Below, piece by piece: positions 27,037 through 36,800 of a stretch of 51,799 bases of DNA; position 1 is the stretch's first letter; every line of letters starts with the position of its first letter. The position numbers were made by a program, and so were the translations under genes. A model generated the notes under the pieces. That model was given only the letters and a program-made list of their open reading frames with translations, did not search any database and had not been told where the DNA came from. The stretch is from a virus: IMG/VR virus record IMGVR_UViG_3300025141_000053, positions 32,001-83,799 of that record; one strand, given 5' to 3'.

Positions 27037-28878
27037 ATGTCAACAATCAATTCAGGAAAAGAAACATTTGATTGGTTAAAAAAAGAAGTTCTCAAGATAG
27101 ATCCAGTATCTTTTGCAGAAAATTATTTAACAATTGAAAACCGTAAATTTAAGATAACCAACAATGGTTGGAAATTTATGGCAGATCTATATAGACACAT
27201 TATATATGAAGCAATGTCTGATGACGGCAAACCTATTGTTATTGTCAAGGGTCGTCAGGTTGCTGCCACAACAATGGCAACCAATCTAGGTTGCTATTTA
27301 ATGGGTTCAGGAAATTATGGTATTAATGACAGACCACCTATTTCATTACTTCATGCATTTCCGCAACTTGAACTCATGTATGACTATGCAAAAGATAAAT
27401 TAGAAAAAACAATTCGTAATTCTACACCCCTCAAACATCCTACGAAGGCGGATAAAATTTTAGGATATATGGAGTTTATGAAAGATTCTGCGCGTGATGC
27501 GACAGATAGTTTAACATTCAAGCAATTCAAAGACGGAAATTCTTGGTGGTGTAACTCTATTGGCAATGAGGGCACAAGAGTTTTGGGTCGTCGTTTTGAT
27601 GGCATCTTTTTTGATGAGGTTCAGAAGATGACGGAAAAGGCTGTTGGTATTGCCAAGAAATGTCTAACATGGTCTCAATATGGTCCTGTTGGCGAAGGCT
27701 TTCAGGTTTATTTTGGAACACCAAGACATAAGAACTCATACTTTCATAAAATCTGGGAGAAATCTGATAAGAGATATTTTTTCTTAGGGTGTTGTGGATG
27801 TGGAGAATATTTTAAACTATATAACTCTAAAGAAACTGATGCTTGGGAAGAAATATGGCTTTACGAAATGGTCGTAAAATGTACTCATTGTGGAGAAGAA
27901 CAAAATAAACTAGAAGCTGTTGACAGGGGTAAGTGGATACCAACCGTGGAAGATCCGGAAAGTTGTAAATATACTGGTTTTCATTTTAATCAATTATATA
28001 TACCAATTTTTGCTAAAGAAACTGTCTTAAAAGAAAAACCGGAGAATTCGGCAGAAAACTCTGAAGTTACTTATATGAACGAAGTCCTTGGTGAATTCTA
28101 TTCTGGAGAAGGTCTTCCAATTACTTTTGACGAAATATATACTACTTGTAGAGATCCCGACAGACTTTGGACTCATCCGAAGCACATTATAACAAAACGT
28201 AAGTCTGTATTAGACAAAACACTATTTCTTGGATTTGACTGGGGCGGGAAACCAGACATTGAGGGCTCTAAAAGGGGCCAATCTTTTTCTGTTCTAACAG
28301 TGCTTGGAGTAGAACATGATGGATTATATCCTATTGAATATGCGACAAAACTTAAGAAACTTAAAATAGATGATAAAATTAAATTTGTTGAAGAGATGTT
28401 TAGGCTATATCGTCCAAGATTGGCAATGGGTGATATTGGTTATGCTGAAGATTTATCTATGGAACTAAAGTCTATTTTTGGTGATAAATATCAAACAGTA
28501 CGAAACTCTGCTTCTGTTGCTCATGGTGTTAAGTATCATTCAGATGAATTAGAAGTTGTTATTGATAAAGACAAGTGGTTGGGTGAAATGTTTGATAACT
28601 TTAGACGAGGGAAATTTCGTATTCCTTGGGCGAGTTATGAACAATTGGCTTGGTTTGTAGAACATTGTTGTTCTATGGAATCTAAAGATGTTGTGCGTGG
28701 TGGCGTGCCATATCAAATGTTTATAAAGGGAAAGGAACCAAATGATGGTTTGATGTCATTATTATGTGCTTATGTTGCTTATAAGTTTAACAAGACACAT
28801 GCTTTTAAGTTGAACCCAAATTCAATGAAGTCAAGTAAGTTAAGGCCAATTTTAGCCTATATGCCAAAACTTAAATAA
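27037..28878 (+). CDS. Terminase large subunit
   Basis: Variant Walker A IVKGRQVAATT, Walker B IFFDEVQ, coupling motif FGTP, lambda-gpA-like Zn insert (CCGC..CTHC), NEVLGEFY, nuclease LGFDWG, GDIGY, NDGLMS. Confidence 0.85.
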   Translation: MSTINSGKETFDWLKKEVLKIDPVSFAENYLTIENRKFKITNNGWKFMADLYRHIIYEAMSDDGKPIVIVKGRQVAATTMATNLGCYLMGSGNYGINDRPPISLLHAFPQLELMYDYAKDKLEKTIRNSTPLKHPTKADKILGYMEFMKDSARDATDSLTFKQFKDGNSWWCNSIGNEGTRVLGRRFDGIFFDEVQKMTEKAVGIAKKCLTWSQYGPVGEGFQVYFGTPRHKNSYFHKIWEKSDKRYFFLGCCGCGEYFKLYNSKETDAWEEIWLYEMVVKCTHCGEEQNKLEAVDRGKWIPTVEDPESCKYTGFHFNQLYIPIFAKETVLKEKPENSAENSEVTYMNEVLGEFYSGEGLPITFDEIYTTCRDPDRLWTHPKHIITKRKSVLDKTLFLGFDWGGKPDIEGSKRGQSFSVLTVLGVEHDGLYPIEYATKLKKLKIDDKIKFVEEMFRLYRPRLAMGDIGYAEDLSMELKSIFGDKYQTVRNSASVAHGVKYHSDELEVVIDKDKWLGEMFDNFRRGKFRIPWASYEQLAWFVEHCCSMESKDVVRGGVPYQMFIKGKEPNDGLMSLLCAYVAYKFNKTHAFKLNPNSMKSSKLRPILAYMPKLK

Positions 28879-28889
28879 GGGGAAATTAT

Positions 28890-29222
28890 ATGATATTAAA
28901 TTTAATAAAATTAGCAAAAGATTTAGATATTTTGGGGTATACCAAAGAATCTATTATTATTGATGGTCTTATAAAAGAAGCCCAAAATAAAATTATACTA
29001 ATAAAATTGTATGGTAGAATAATCATGAAAAAATATATTATTACAATTAGTACTGTGGATGATACTACTAAGGTGGGAAATGCTAAGAGTTTTAAGGGAA
29101 GTCAAGAACAAGTTGGCTTAGCTAAGCAGTATTTACAACAACTTATACAGAAATATCCGCAGGTAAAAATAGATCATGATTTGAGTTCAACATTAACACC
29201 TCAAATGTTTGGGATAAAGTAA
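28890..29222 (+). CDS. Small leader-bearing protein
   Basis: N-terminal MILNLIKLAKDLDILGYTKESIIIDGLIKEA; lies between terminase and portal. Confidence 0.7.
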   Translation: MILNLIKLAKDLDILGYTKESIIIDGLIKEAQNKIILIKLYGRIIMKKYIITISTVDDTTKVGNAKSFKGSQEQVGLAKQYLQQLIQKYPQVKIDHDLSSTLTPQMFGIK

Positions 29223-29231
29223 GGAGAAATT

Positions 29232-31223
29232 ATGAGAAGAGGATCAAGAGAAGTAAATAAAGGCGCAAATGATGTGGGCGAAATAAGAATTAGTCCAGAT
29301 GCATCTAGACAACTTTCTGATGTCAGGAGAAATATGATCCATAGAGATGTAGAAAGTGGTATAGTTGTTGAGTCAGGAAAAAACTATAATGGAAGTATGT
29401 TGAAAAAAAATATTGTTGCTGGTTCACAGAGCAATTCTAATTTGCCAGACATTGATCGCGGAGAATGGGATGAGCAAAGTGGACAAGTTGTTTCTAGAGG
29501 TTCTGGAAGACCATCTAATTATTTAAAAAAAACGGCACAAGCAGTTATTGCTAACAGCTCTTCTTTTAAAAAGCAAGCATCTATTTCTTCTACATCCAAT
29601 TCTTCTGGTTATTCTGGTGGGTCACATACTGATAGACTTGCACCAGAAGTATATTCCCCATTATTTACGATGGCGAATCTTAATTTGCCAAGAGATAGAA
29701 TTACTATTAATTCTTGGATTCGCAATTTCTATGACTTACATCCTATTGTAAGAAATTGTATTACATTACATGCGACATATCCAATTTCAAAATTAAATAT
29801 TAGATGTCACGACCAAAAGGTTGAGCAATTTTTTTCAGACATGGTTGAAGAAATGGATTTGCTTGGAACATTGGGCGAACTATCATTAGAATTCTGGAAG
29901 TTAGGTGAGGTTGTTCCTTATGCAGTTTTAGATGAAAATGAAAAAAAATGGAAAAGAATTAATATTTTAAATCCTGATTTTGTTCATGTTAAAAAAGCAG
30001 CAATTGGCGGCTATCCTATTATTTCTCTAAGACCTGACGAAGCACTAAAAAGATTAGTTATGAGCAGTCATCCTGCAGATCAACACATTAGATCTCAGAT
30101 TCCTGAAGAGATCATTCATCATGTTAGAAAAGGACAAAATATTCCTTTAGATAATTTCAATGCTTCTCATTTAAAAATGTTATCCAGCCCTTATGATATT
30201 CGTGGAACTTCAATTGTTGTATCATGTTTTAAGGATTTAATGCTTTTTGATAAGTTGAGGGAGGCAAAATTTGCTCAGGCAGATGGTCTTATAAACCCAA
30301 TTACATTAGTCAAGGTCGGTGGAAATGCTGAAGGTGAAGCGAGGCTGACTTCTGAAGATTTAGAAGAATGGCGTCAAATTATGGAAGAAGCACAGTATGA
30401 TAAAGATTTTAAAATTATTACTCATGCTGGTGTGGCCATTGAGCGCATTGGTGCTAATGGACAAATTATTGATGTTGCTGGAGACATTGAATTAATTATT
30501 AAGAATCTTTATACTGGATTAATGGTTCCTCAGGCTGTTGTTGATACAGAGAGTGCTGTTTATTCATCAGCATCTATTGGTCTTGAAGTATTGAGACAGA
30601 GATATTTCAATTTCCGTAATTTAATTGCAAAATGGTTAGTTAATAAAATTTTTGCTCCGATAAGTAAGATGAGAGGATTTTTCGAATATAAAGACGGGGA
30701 AAAGAAATTAATAATTCCTGAAGTTGAGTGGAATCACATGAATCTCTATGATCTTAGTGATTATGTACAAACAACTACAGGTCTTCTTTCTACACAACAA
30801 TGTTCATTACAGACTATATATAGAAGTATTGGATTAAATTATGAGGAAGAGAAGAGAAAGCAGAGAGAAGAAATGATCGATCTTGCAAAAAAACAAAGAG
30901 AAGAGCAGGCTTTGGCAAAATACTCACTTGAAGAGTTAAGATCTATGGATTCAAGTAAAGAGATTCAAGAAGCTTCTGAGGGCGAAAGACCTGGCGCAGC
31001 TGGAGCTGGAGCACCAGGGGCTGGTGGAGACATGGGCATGGGTGGAGACATGGGCGGCATGGGTGGAGACATGGGCGGCATGGGCGGAGACATGGGCGGC
31101 ATGGGCGGAGACATGGGAGGTGGAATGGGTGGAGAATTAGCACCACCTCCTTCTGGTGAGTTAGGCGGCGGTGGTGGAGGAATGAGTCCAGAGATGGGTC
31201 CAGGCGCAGCGCCCCCAATGTAG
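29232..31223 (+). CDS. Portal protein
   Basis: Downstream of TerL; FYDLHPIVRNCI, ILNPDFVHV, HLKMLSSPYDIRGTSIV, PITLVKVG, GLMVPQA, YSSASIGL, IPEVEW; Gly/Met/Pro-rich tail. Confidence 0.8.
   Translation: MRRGSREVNKGANDVGEIRISPDASRQLSDVRRNMIHRDVESGIVVESGKNYNGSMLKKNIVAGSQSNSNLPDIDRGEWDEQSGQVVSRGSGRPSNYLKKTAQAVIANSSSFKKQASISSTSNSSGYSGGSHTDRLAPEVYSPLFTMANLNLPRDRITINSWIRNFYDLHPIVRNCITLHATYPISKLNIRCHDQKVEQFFSDMVEEMDLLGTLGELSLEFWKLGEVVPYAVLDENEKKWKRINILNPDFVHVKKAAIGGYPIISLRPDEALKRLVMSSHPADQHIRSQIPEEIIHHVRKGQNIPLDNFNASHLKMLSSPYDIRGTSIVVSCFKDLMLFDKLREAKFAQADGLINPITLVKVGGNAEGEARLTSEDLEEWRQIMEEAQYDKDFKIITHAGVAIERIGANGQIIDVAGDIELIIKNLYTGLMVPQAVVDTESAVYSSASIGLEVLRQRYFNFRNLIAKWLVNKIFAPISKMRGFFEYKDGEKKLIIPEVEWNHMNLYDLSDYVQTTTGLLSTQQCSLQTIYRSIGLNYEEEKRKQREEMIDLAKKQREEQALAKYSLEELRSMDSSKEIQEASEGERPGAAGAGAPGAGGDMGMGGDMGGMGGDMGGMGGDMGGMGGDMGGGMGGELAPPPSGELGGGGGGMSPEMGPGAAPPM
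31023..31127 (+). repeat. ~21-nt tandem repeat encoding GGDMGGM in the portal tail
   Basis: Five GC-rich units (three exact 7-aa copies flanked by 6-aa and 8-aa variants). Confidence 0.95.
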
Positions 31224-31246
31224 AAATAATTTATTAAGGACAAATT

Positions 31247-31483
31247 GTGGAAGAAAAAACAGTACAAGAAATACAGAAAAAATACAAACAGCAACTGAGG
31301 CAATTGGAAGAAATAGGAAAAGTTGGAGATCCACATTTAATGAAAAAAGTAGATTCTCAGTTAAATCAAGAATATAAACAAATTCTTTCAGAATTTCATT
31401 TGATTTCTGCTAAATTATCCTTATTAAAGAAATTATGTGGTGAATCACAGAGATTGACAAAAAAAGCGATGAGGAGAAAATAA
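31247..31483 (+). CDS. Hypothetical coiled-coil protein (78 aa)
   Basis: GTG start with AAGGA SD; TAATG coupling downstream. Confidence 0.6.
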   Translation: MEEKTVQEIQKKYKQQLRQLEEIGKVGDPHLMKKVDSQLNQEYKQILSEFHLISAKLSLLKKLCGESQRLTKKAMRRK

Positions 31484-32391
31484 TGATAGTACAATTAACT
31501 AAACTAGCAAATAAATTAGATATTTTTGGCTATATAAAAGAATCTAAATTTATAGATAAGTTAATTAGAGAAGCTATTGATATGTCACTTGTTGAAAAGT
31601 TTAAAGAGGGATGGTCTCCTGCTTGTCCTAATCCAAGTTGTAATAAGCCTGTAGAATTAGATCCTTCAGTTTTTACTAAAATGTTTGTCCCAGATGAGAT
31701 TTGTCCACATTGTGGAAGAAATTTTTCTCCACATGATGTTGGAGCAGTTAGAAAAACTTATGATGATACTGGAATAAATGATAAAACTCCTTTTAGTAGT
31801 GGACTAACTAATGAAGAAAGGGGTCTTTGGGGATTTTACAGTAACGGATTTTCTTATTTTGTGTTTCGGGGTAAAAGTAATGCTGAACAATTTTTAAAAA
31901 GATGGAGAAGTGGTGGATATGATCATTACCTAGATCTTATAATTGAAGATACTTATAAAGATTTAGATTTTGATATTTCAAGAATTGCTGAATATACAAT
32001 TATGAGAAATATAGAACTTATGACGGGGCCTCCTTTGGGTGAATTGTCAGACGATGATAAAGAATATATTAAACGGCGTGTTGGTAATCCCGGTAAAATA
32101 CAGAGCGAGATTCAAGAAAAAACATCTAAGATTATACCATTACCAGATATTGATTTAGGTAGCTCGGCAATTGTTCCTCCTGGAGAAATGCCACAACTGG
32201 AACATTATAAAGCTTTACATGATTCTGAAGAAATATTGGATATTGAGGAAAAGGATGAAGTTTGGAAAGAAGAATTGGATGGTGTTTATGACACTTATGT
32301 AAAGCCACTAAGAAAAGAACTTACAAAAAGGCGTGAGGCGAGAGATAAGGGGATAGACCCTGATACATTGGCAGACGATAAAATTTGGTAG
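31483..32391 (+). CDS. Leader-bearing Zn-ribbon protein (paralog of 26071-27036)
   Basis: MIVQLTKLANKLDIFGYIKESKFIDKLIREA; CPNPSC..CPHC..FSPHD; C-terminal DPDTLADDKIW. Confidence 0.8.
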   Translation: MIVQLTKLANKLDIFGYIKESKFIDKLIREAIDMSLVEKFKEGWSPACPNPSCNKPVELDPSVFTKMFVPDEICPHCGRNFSPHDVGAVRKTYDDTGINDKTPFSSGLTNEERGLWGFYSNGFSYFVFRGKSNAEQFLKRWRSGGYDHYLDLIIEDTYKDLDFDISRIAEYTIMRNIELMTGPPLGELSDDDKEYIKRRVGNPGKIQSEIQEKTSKIIPLPDIDLGSSAIVPPGEMPQLEHYKALHDSEEILDIEEKDEVWKEELDGVYDTYVKPLRKELTKRREARDKGIDPDTLADDKIW

Positions 32392-32400
32392 GAGAAAACA

Positions 32401-33846
32401 ATGCTTACAATAAAACAGGCAAAACAATTTTCAGAAGTACTAGTAAAAAATGAATTATATAAAGATGCGAGTCATATAGATAAATATATTCTTTTGGCCA
32501 GTAACTCACCAATTGAAAAACATGCTGGCTTGTGGGATTGGGTAGGCGGGAAATTATCTGGTTGGTCCAAACGAATATTTTTTAAAAATTTCCGTCAAGC
32601 TTATTCTTTGGCAACTGAAATTCAGAAAGAATTGGATGATCACATGGGAAGAGTGGATGAGCAATTTGGCCAAACAAAAATGTATCTTGCCCGGCATGAC
32701 CTTATTAATTGGCAAAGGGCAATAGCTGAATTGGGCATCAATATCACTCCATCTGAGAGACTCGCAAATTTACAAAATAGATATAATGATTCCTTAAAAG
32801 AAATGAATAAGGGTGTTGGTCTCTTGAGTGATGAACAAAAAGAAGAATTAAAAAAAGAACAAAAAAAGCAGAAGAAACCTGCCCCATCAACTGAAACTCC
32901 AGGAGATACTACTCCCGTTGCTGAAGATGATTCTGCCGAAAAGTTAGATGAAATTCCAAGAATAAAAAATCCTGAAGAAATGACTGCAGATCAGTTAAAA
33001 CGTTTAAAAATGTTATTAGGTGCCCCAAGTGAGGATTATGCACGCTGGAATAGATCAATAATCTTCTATAATAAGAGGTATGCAACATCTGATTATTCAA
33101 ATGTTGCGAGAATAGCCATACCAAAAAAAGTTTTTGATTACCATGTTGATAACTCTCATTTTAATTCAATAACAAGAGATGATGGTAAAAAATATTTTAT
33201 GGTCAATCAGGCACCAAGTGCTAACTTGTCCAACGAATTAAAAAACACAGTTGCTGCCGAAAATATAATTAATGCTGCTTGGGTACAAGATGGAGAATTG
33301 ACGGATAAAGATGGAAATAGTTGGATTGAATTCGCCCAAGTAGATCGTTCTCAAGTTGACATGTTTCATGAAGATCTTGTTACACCAAAAACACCAGAGG
33401 AGGCTGTGAGGATCGAAAATACGGCAGATTACGAATTTTTTGAGGGTGATAGCGGTTCTATTTATTTACCGAGAAAGCAGTTTGAAGCAGGACTTTCTGA
33501 GGGGTTTGTCGAACTTACACCAGATGGAGATATTGGTCCTGTTAAGTTTGTTAAATTAGTTATTGACGCGGCTCATCCAGAGTGGAAAAATATTTTGCGA
33601 TGGAGGGGCAGAGACGGGAAAATTCTAAGATGTGAGTACGTATCAGATGATTGGATTAAAATTAATAAAATAACTGTCACCACAATGAAAAAAGAACTTG
33701 GGATAAGAACTCCATCTGACATGACTCCAGAAGTAGAGTCAGAGGTTGAATTAGAGGATATTGATGTTCCAGAATCGGAAGATGGGGAAGAATCCAAAAC
33801 CGCAAAAAGGCTTGATAAAATAATTGCATTAGCTATGATGATGTAG
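32401..33846 (+). CDS. Hypothetical putative virion protein with degenerate leader and C-terminal linker motif
   Basis: AGGAG SD; ...YKDASHIDKYILLA near the N-terminus; ends KTAKRLDKIIALAMMM. Confidence 0.75.
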   Translation: MLTIKQAKQFSEVLVKNELYKDASHIDKYILLASNSPIEKHAGLWDWVGGKLSGWSKRIFFKNFRQAYSLATEIQKELDDHMGRVDEQFGQTKMYLARHDLINWQRAIAELGINITPSERLANLQNRYNDSLKEMNKGVGLLSDEQKEELKKEQKKQKKPAPSTETPGDTTPVAEDDSAEKLDEIPRIKNPEEMTADQLKRLKMLLGAPSEDYARWNRSIIFYNKRYATSDYSNVARIAIPKKVFDYHVDNSHFNSITRDDGKKYFMVNQAPSANLSNELKNTVAAENIINAAWVQDGELTDKDGNSWIEFAQVDRSQVDMFHEDLVTPKTPEEAVRIENTADYEFFEGDSGSIYLPRKQFEAGLSEGFVELTPDGDIGPVKFVKLVIDAAHPEWKNILRWRGRDGKILRCEYVSDDWIKINKITVTTMKKELGIRTPSDMTPEVESEVELEDIDVPESEDGEESKTAKRLDKIIALAMMM

Positions 33847-33854
33847 GTGATAAG

Positions 33855-36800
33855 ATGATATCTAAAGTTACGGCGACAGATCTTGGCCAAATTGTAAATC
33901 TTCTGCAAAAACAATTGATGCCAGAAGAAACATCTCCTAAAACCAGTCCTCAAGAAACTGTTTCAAAAGAAACTATATTGAGACCGCTTCCTCTTGTTGA
34001 TACAAAATTAGCATATGATATTATTATTGGTTTAGAAACTGGTGGCAAATATGCTGTTGGAGATCTTGAGACTGGCTATGGATTGGTGGGAAACCAACTA
34101 TCAGCTTTTTCTAGACACCTATCAAAAGATCCACTATCTGAGAAAGTAACTGGAATAAGTTCTTCTGATTATAAAACAATTGGAAGTGCCCATGGTAATG
34201 CTTGTAGGGCACTGAGAAAAATAGATTATTGGAAAGAGGTTCCAATTGATCAAGATGCTGTCGAATCTTATTTTAAAAATAATCCTCGAAAATATAGACG
34301 GAAGGTTTTAAAATATACTTTACCAAATGGCGAAGCTATTATTGCCAAAAAGAAAGATGGTGGCTGGAAAGGATATGGTGTTGATTATAGTAAATTAAGT
34401 GGCTACATGAAAATAACTCCTGAGTCAAAGTCTAAAATCAATCGCATTGTTAGTAGATATATTACTGGCAATGTTAACTTAAGTGCTATAGCCAAATTAA
34501 AAGCTTCCCAAGATCATCCAGAACTTTATAAAAAATTTGATGATACATTTACTGATGCAAAAAAAGTAAGAAAAAATAAATCATTAATGGCATTATGTGA
34601 GAGAATGGCGCAAAGAGATTTCTCTGGCCGCATAAATTCTGTAGTTAAAATGGTTCAAAAATATGGATATGATGTTTCCAACTCACAAGCCTATAATATT
34701 TATCAACTAATAGCAATAGCAAATGCTAGTGGCCTTGGCCGACTTAGTAGATTCTTAAAAAACAAACAAACTTTTTCTGAAGGCCACTTATATTATTTAA
34801 AAAGGGCAAATCCTGCCATTCAAAAGAAAACTGGTATTTCAACACAAATGCCTCCGAATGGTGGGTTGGCTGGTTTTAAACAAAAGACAGCAATGATATC
34901 AAAGAGAGCAATTATGAAATCAATTCCTTTCCCACAAGATTATGTAGAGTCAATTAAGAATGGCCAGCGAACATTTACCATAAGACTTGAAGATTATGGT
35001 GTAGAGCCTGGTGATACTGTACAAGCTATTACAGATGCTGGTGCTCACTTCTGTGATCTTTCTATAGAAGAAGTAAAAAAAATGACTCCATATAAAATAG
35101 GGAAAGACATAAGTGAACCATTAGGACTTGATTTAGAGGAGAAGTTTAAATTTCAGCCCGAAGTAGAAAATTTCTTTGTTATTAAATTTTACAATCCTAA
35201 TATAAAATATGCTTCTGATAATAAACATATTGTGGTGGATGATGGGGCAGAATTTTTAATTAATGCGTTACATATATTAGATTCTTCTTTTTCAAATTGG
35301 GAAAAGTATATGGATTTTGAATATGACATTATAGAAAATTTTTCTTTATATCGTGTAAAATTTATAATTATATTAGATGATTTGCCAAATAATTTTATTA
35401 ATCTGAGTCCCTTATTTAGACAAGATATTTTCTCAAGAACAACTCATGAAGATCATTACATACAAGTATCGTCTTATATAAGGCAAGGAGAAACGGAAAA
35501 ATTTTCTGAAATTGTAGATATTTTATATAATATAATAGAAAAATCTATATCAAATCAAAAAACAATTATACAAAAATTTATTAAAACAATAGCATCTATT
35601 ATTTCTGATAATGATTATCATAAAGATGATGTTTACTCTGTAGTAGACCCGTTTTCAGTTTTTAATAGATCTAAAATAATTGTTCCTAAATCTAGTTTTG
35701 TTTTTAAATTGAGCGAATTTAATCTACTTCCTCAAGAAAGAGAAGTGTTTAATTTACATTTGGGCGAAGAAAAATCTAAAGAGACAGATTTTAAAATTTA
35801 TTCTAATAATGGCAAATCAATATTTATTATCTCATTAGAATATCCTGATGTAAAATATATTGATGAAAAAAAACAAAAAGAAAATGTTTTAGGGCAAAAA
35901 AAGAAAAATAAATTAATTGGTTTAAATACTGAAATGATGGATCATATCATAAAAGTTATGGGTAATAAGATTAAATCATTTAATAATGATGGTGTTAAAC
36001 CTGGTTTTGTTACAAAAGTATCAGAGTTATATCATGATCCATTTGGCGCTTCTGGAAAATTTTTTAACCAAGATATAGAAATTTTATTTCGCCTAGAAGA
36101 TAATCAAAAAGCAGCATATGAGGGGCTTTATAATAGCAAAAAGAAAACAATTTCTATTTGGATCCCAGAAGAAAACATAGATTATGAGAAAATAGAATCC
36201 CTGTTAGAACATGAATTAGCTCATAGCGGAGAAGTTGTTTCTGGAGACCCGAGTGCAAGTAAATATATTGGCCCAGATAGAAATTTTATGGCATATTTAC
36301 ATAATAAAAATGAAATAAATGCCAGGTGGGGACAAATACTATTATCTTTAAGAAGAGATGGGTTATCAAAACACCATTTAGATTTATTTATGCGTGAAAG
36401 AGAAAGAATGACCGAGAAAGAAGAAGAAATATTTATGGAACAAGTTCGTGGCAGGGTAGAAAAAAACGCAAGAACAATTTTAGAAGCTATCAATGAGGGT
36501 CATAATTCTGTAGATATGATTTATAAAGTATTAAATGGTAGATTTACAAAAAGAGCAATTGAGACATACATAGATCATCTTAGGGGAGATGGTTTTTTAA
36601 GTAATGCCTCTCGTTTAGATAAAATCAAAAAACTTGCCACACAAACATATAGTGATAGAAATGATAATACATATAATGTTGATGAACTTATTAAAATAAC
36701 AAAAGACAATAAAATTACTGATGAGCCAATTAAAAAGTTCAAAAAAAATCTTAAGAAAAAAATGTGGGAAGATTCTGATGATAATGAAATTTCCTTACAA

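Noticed and set aside
31023-31127. GroEL gene suggested by GGM repeats
   Set aside because: The repeats are the tail of a portal-like ORF; no GroEL ATPase motifs are present.
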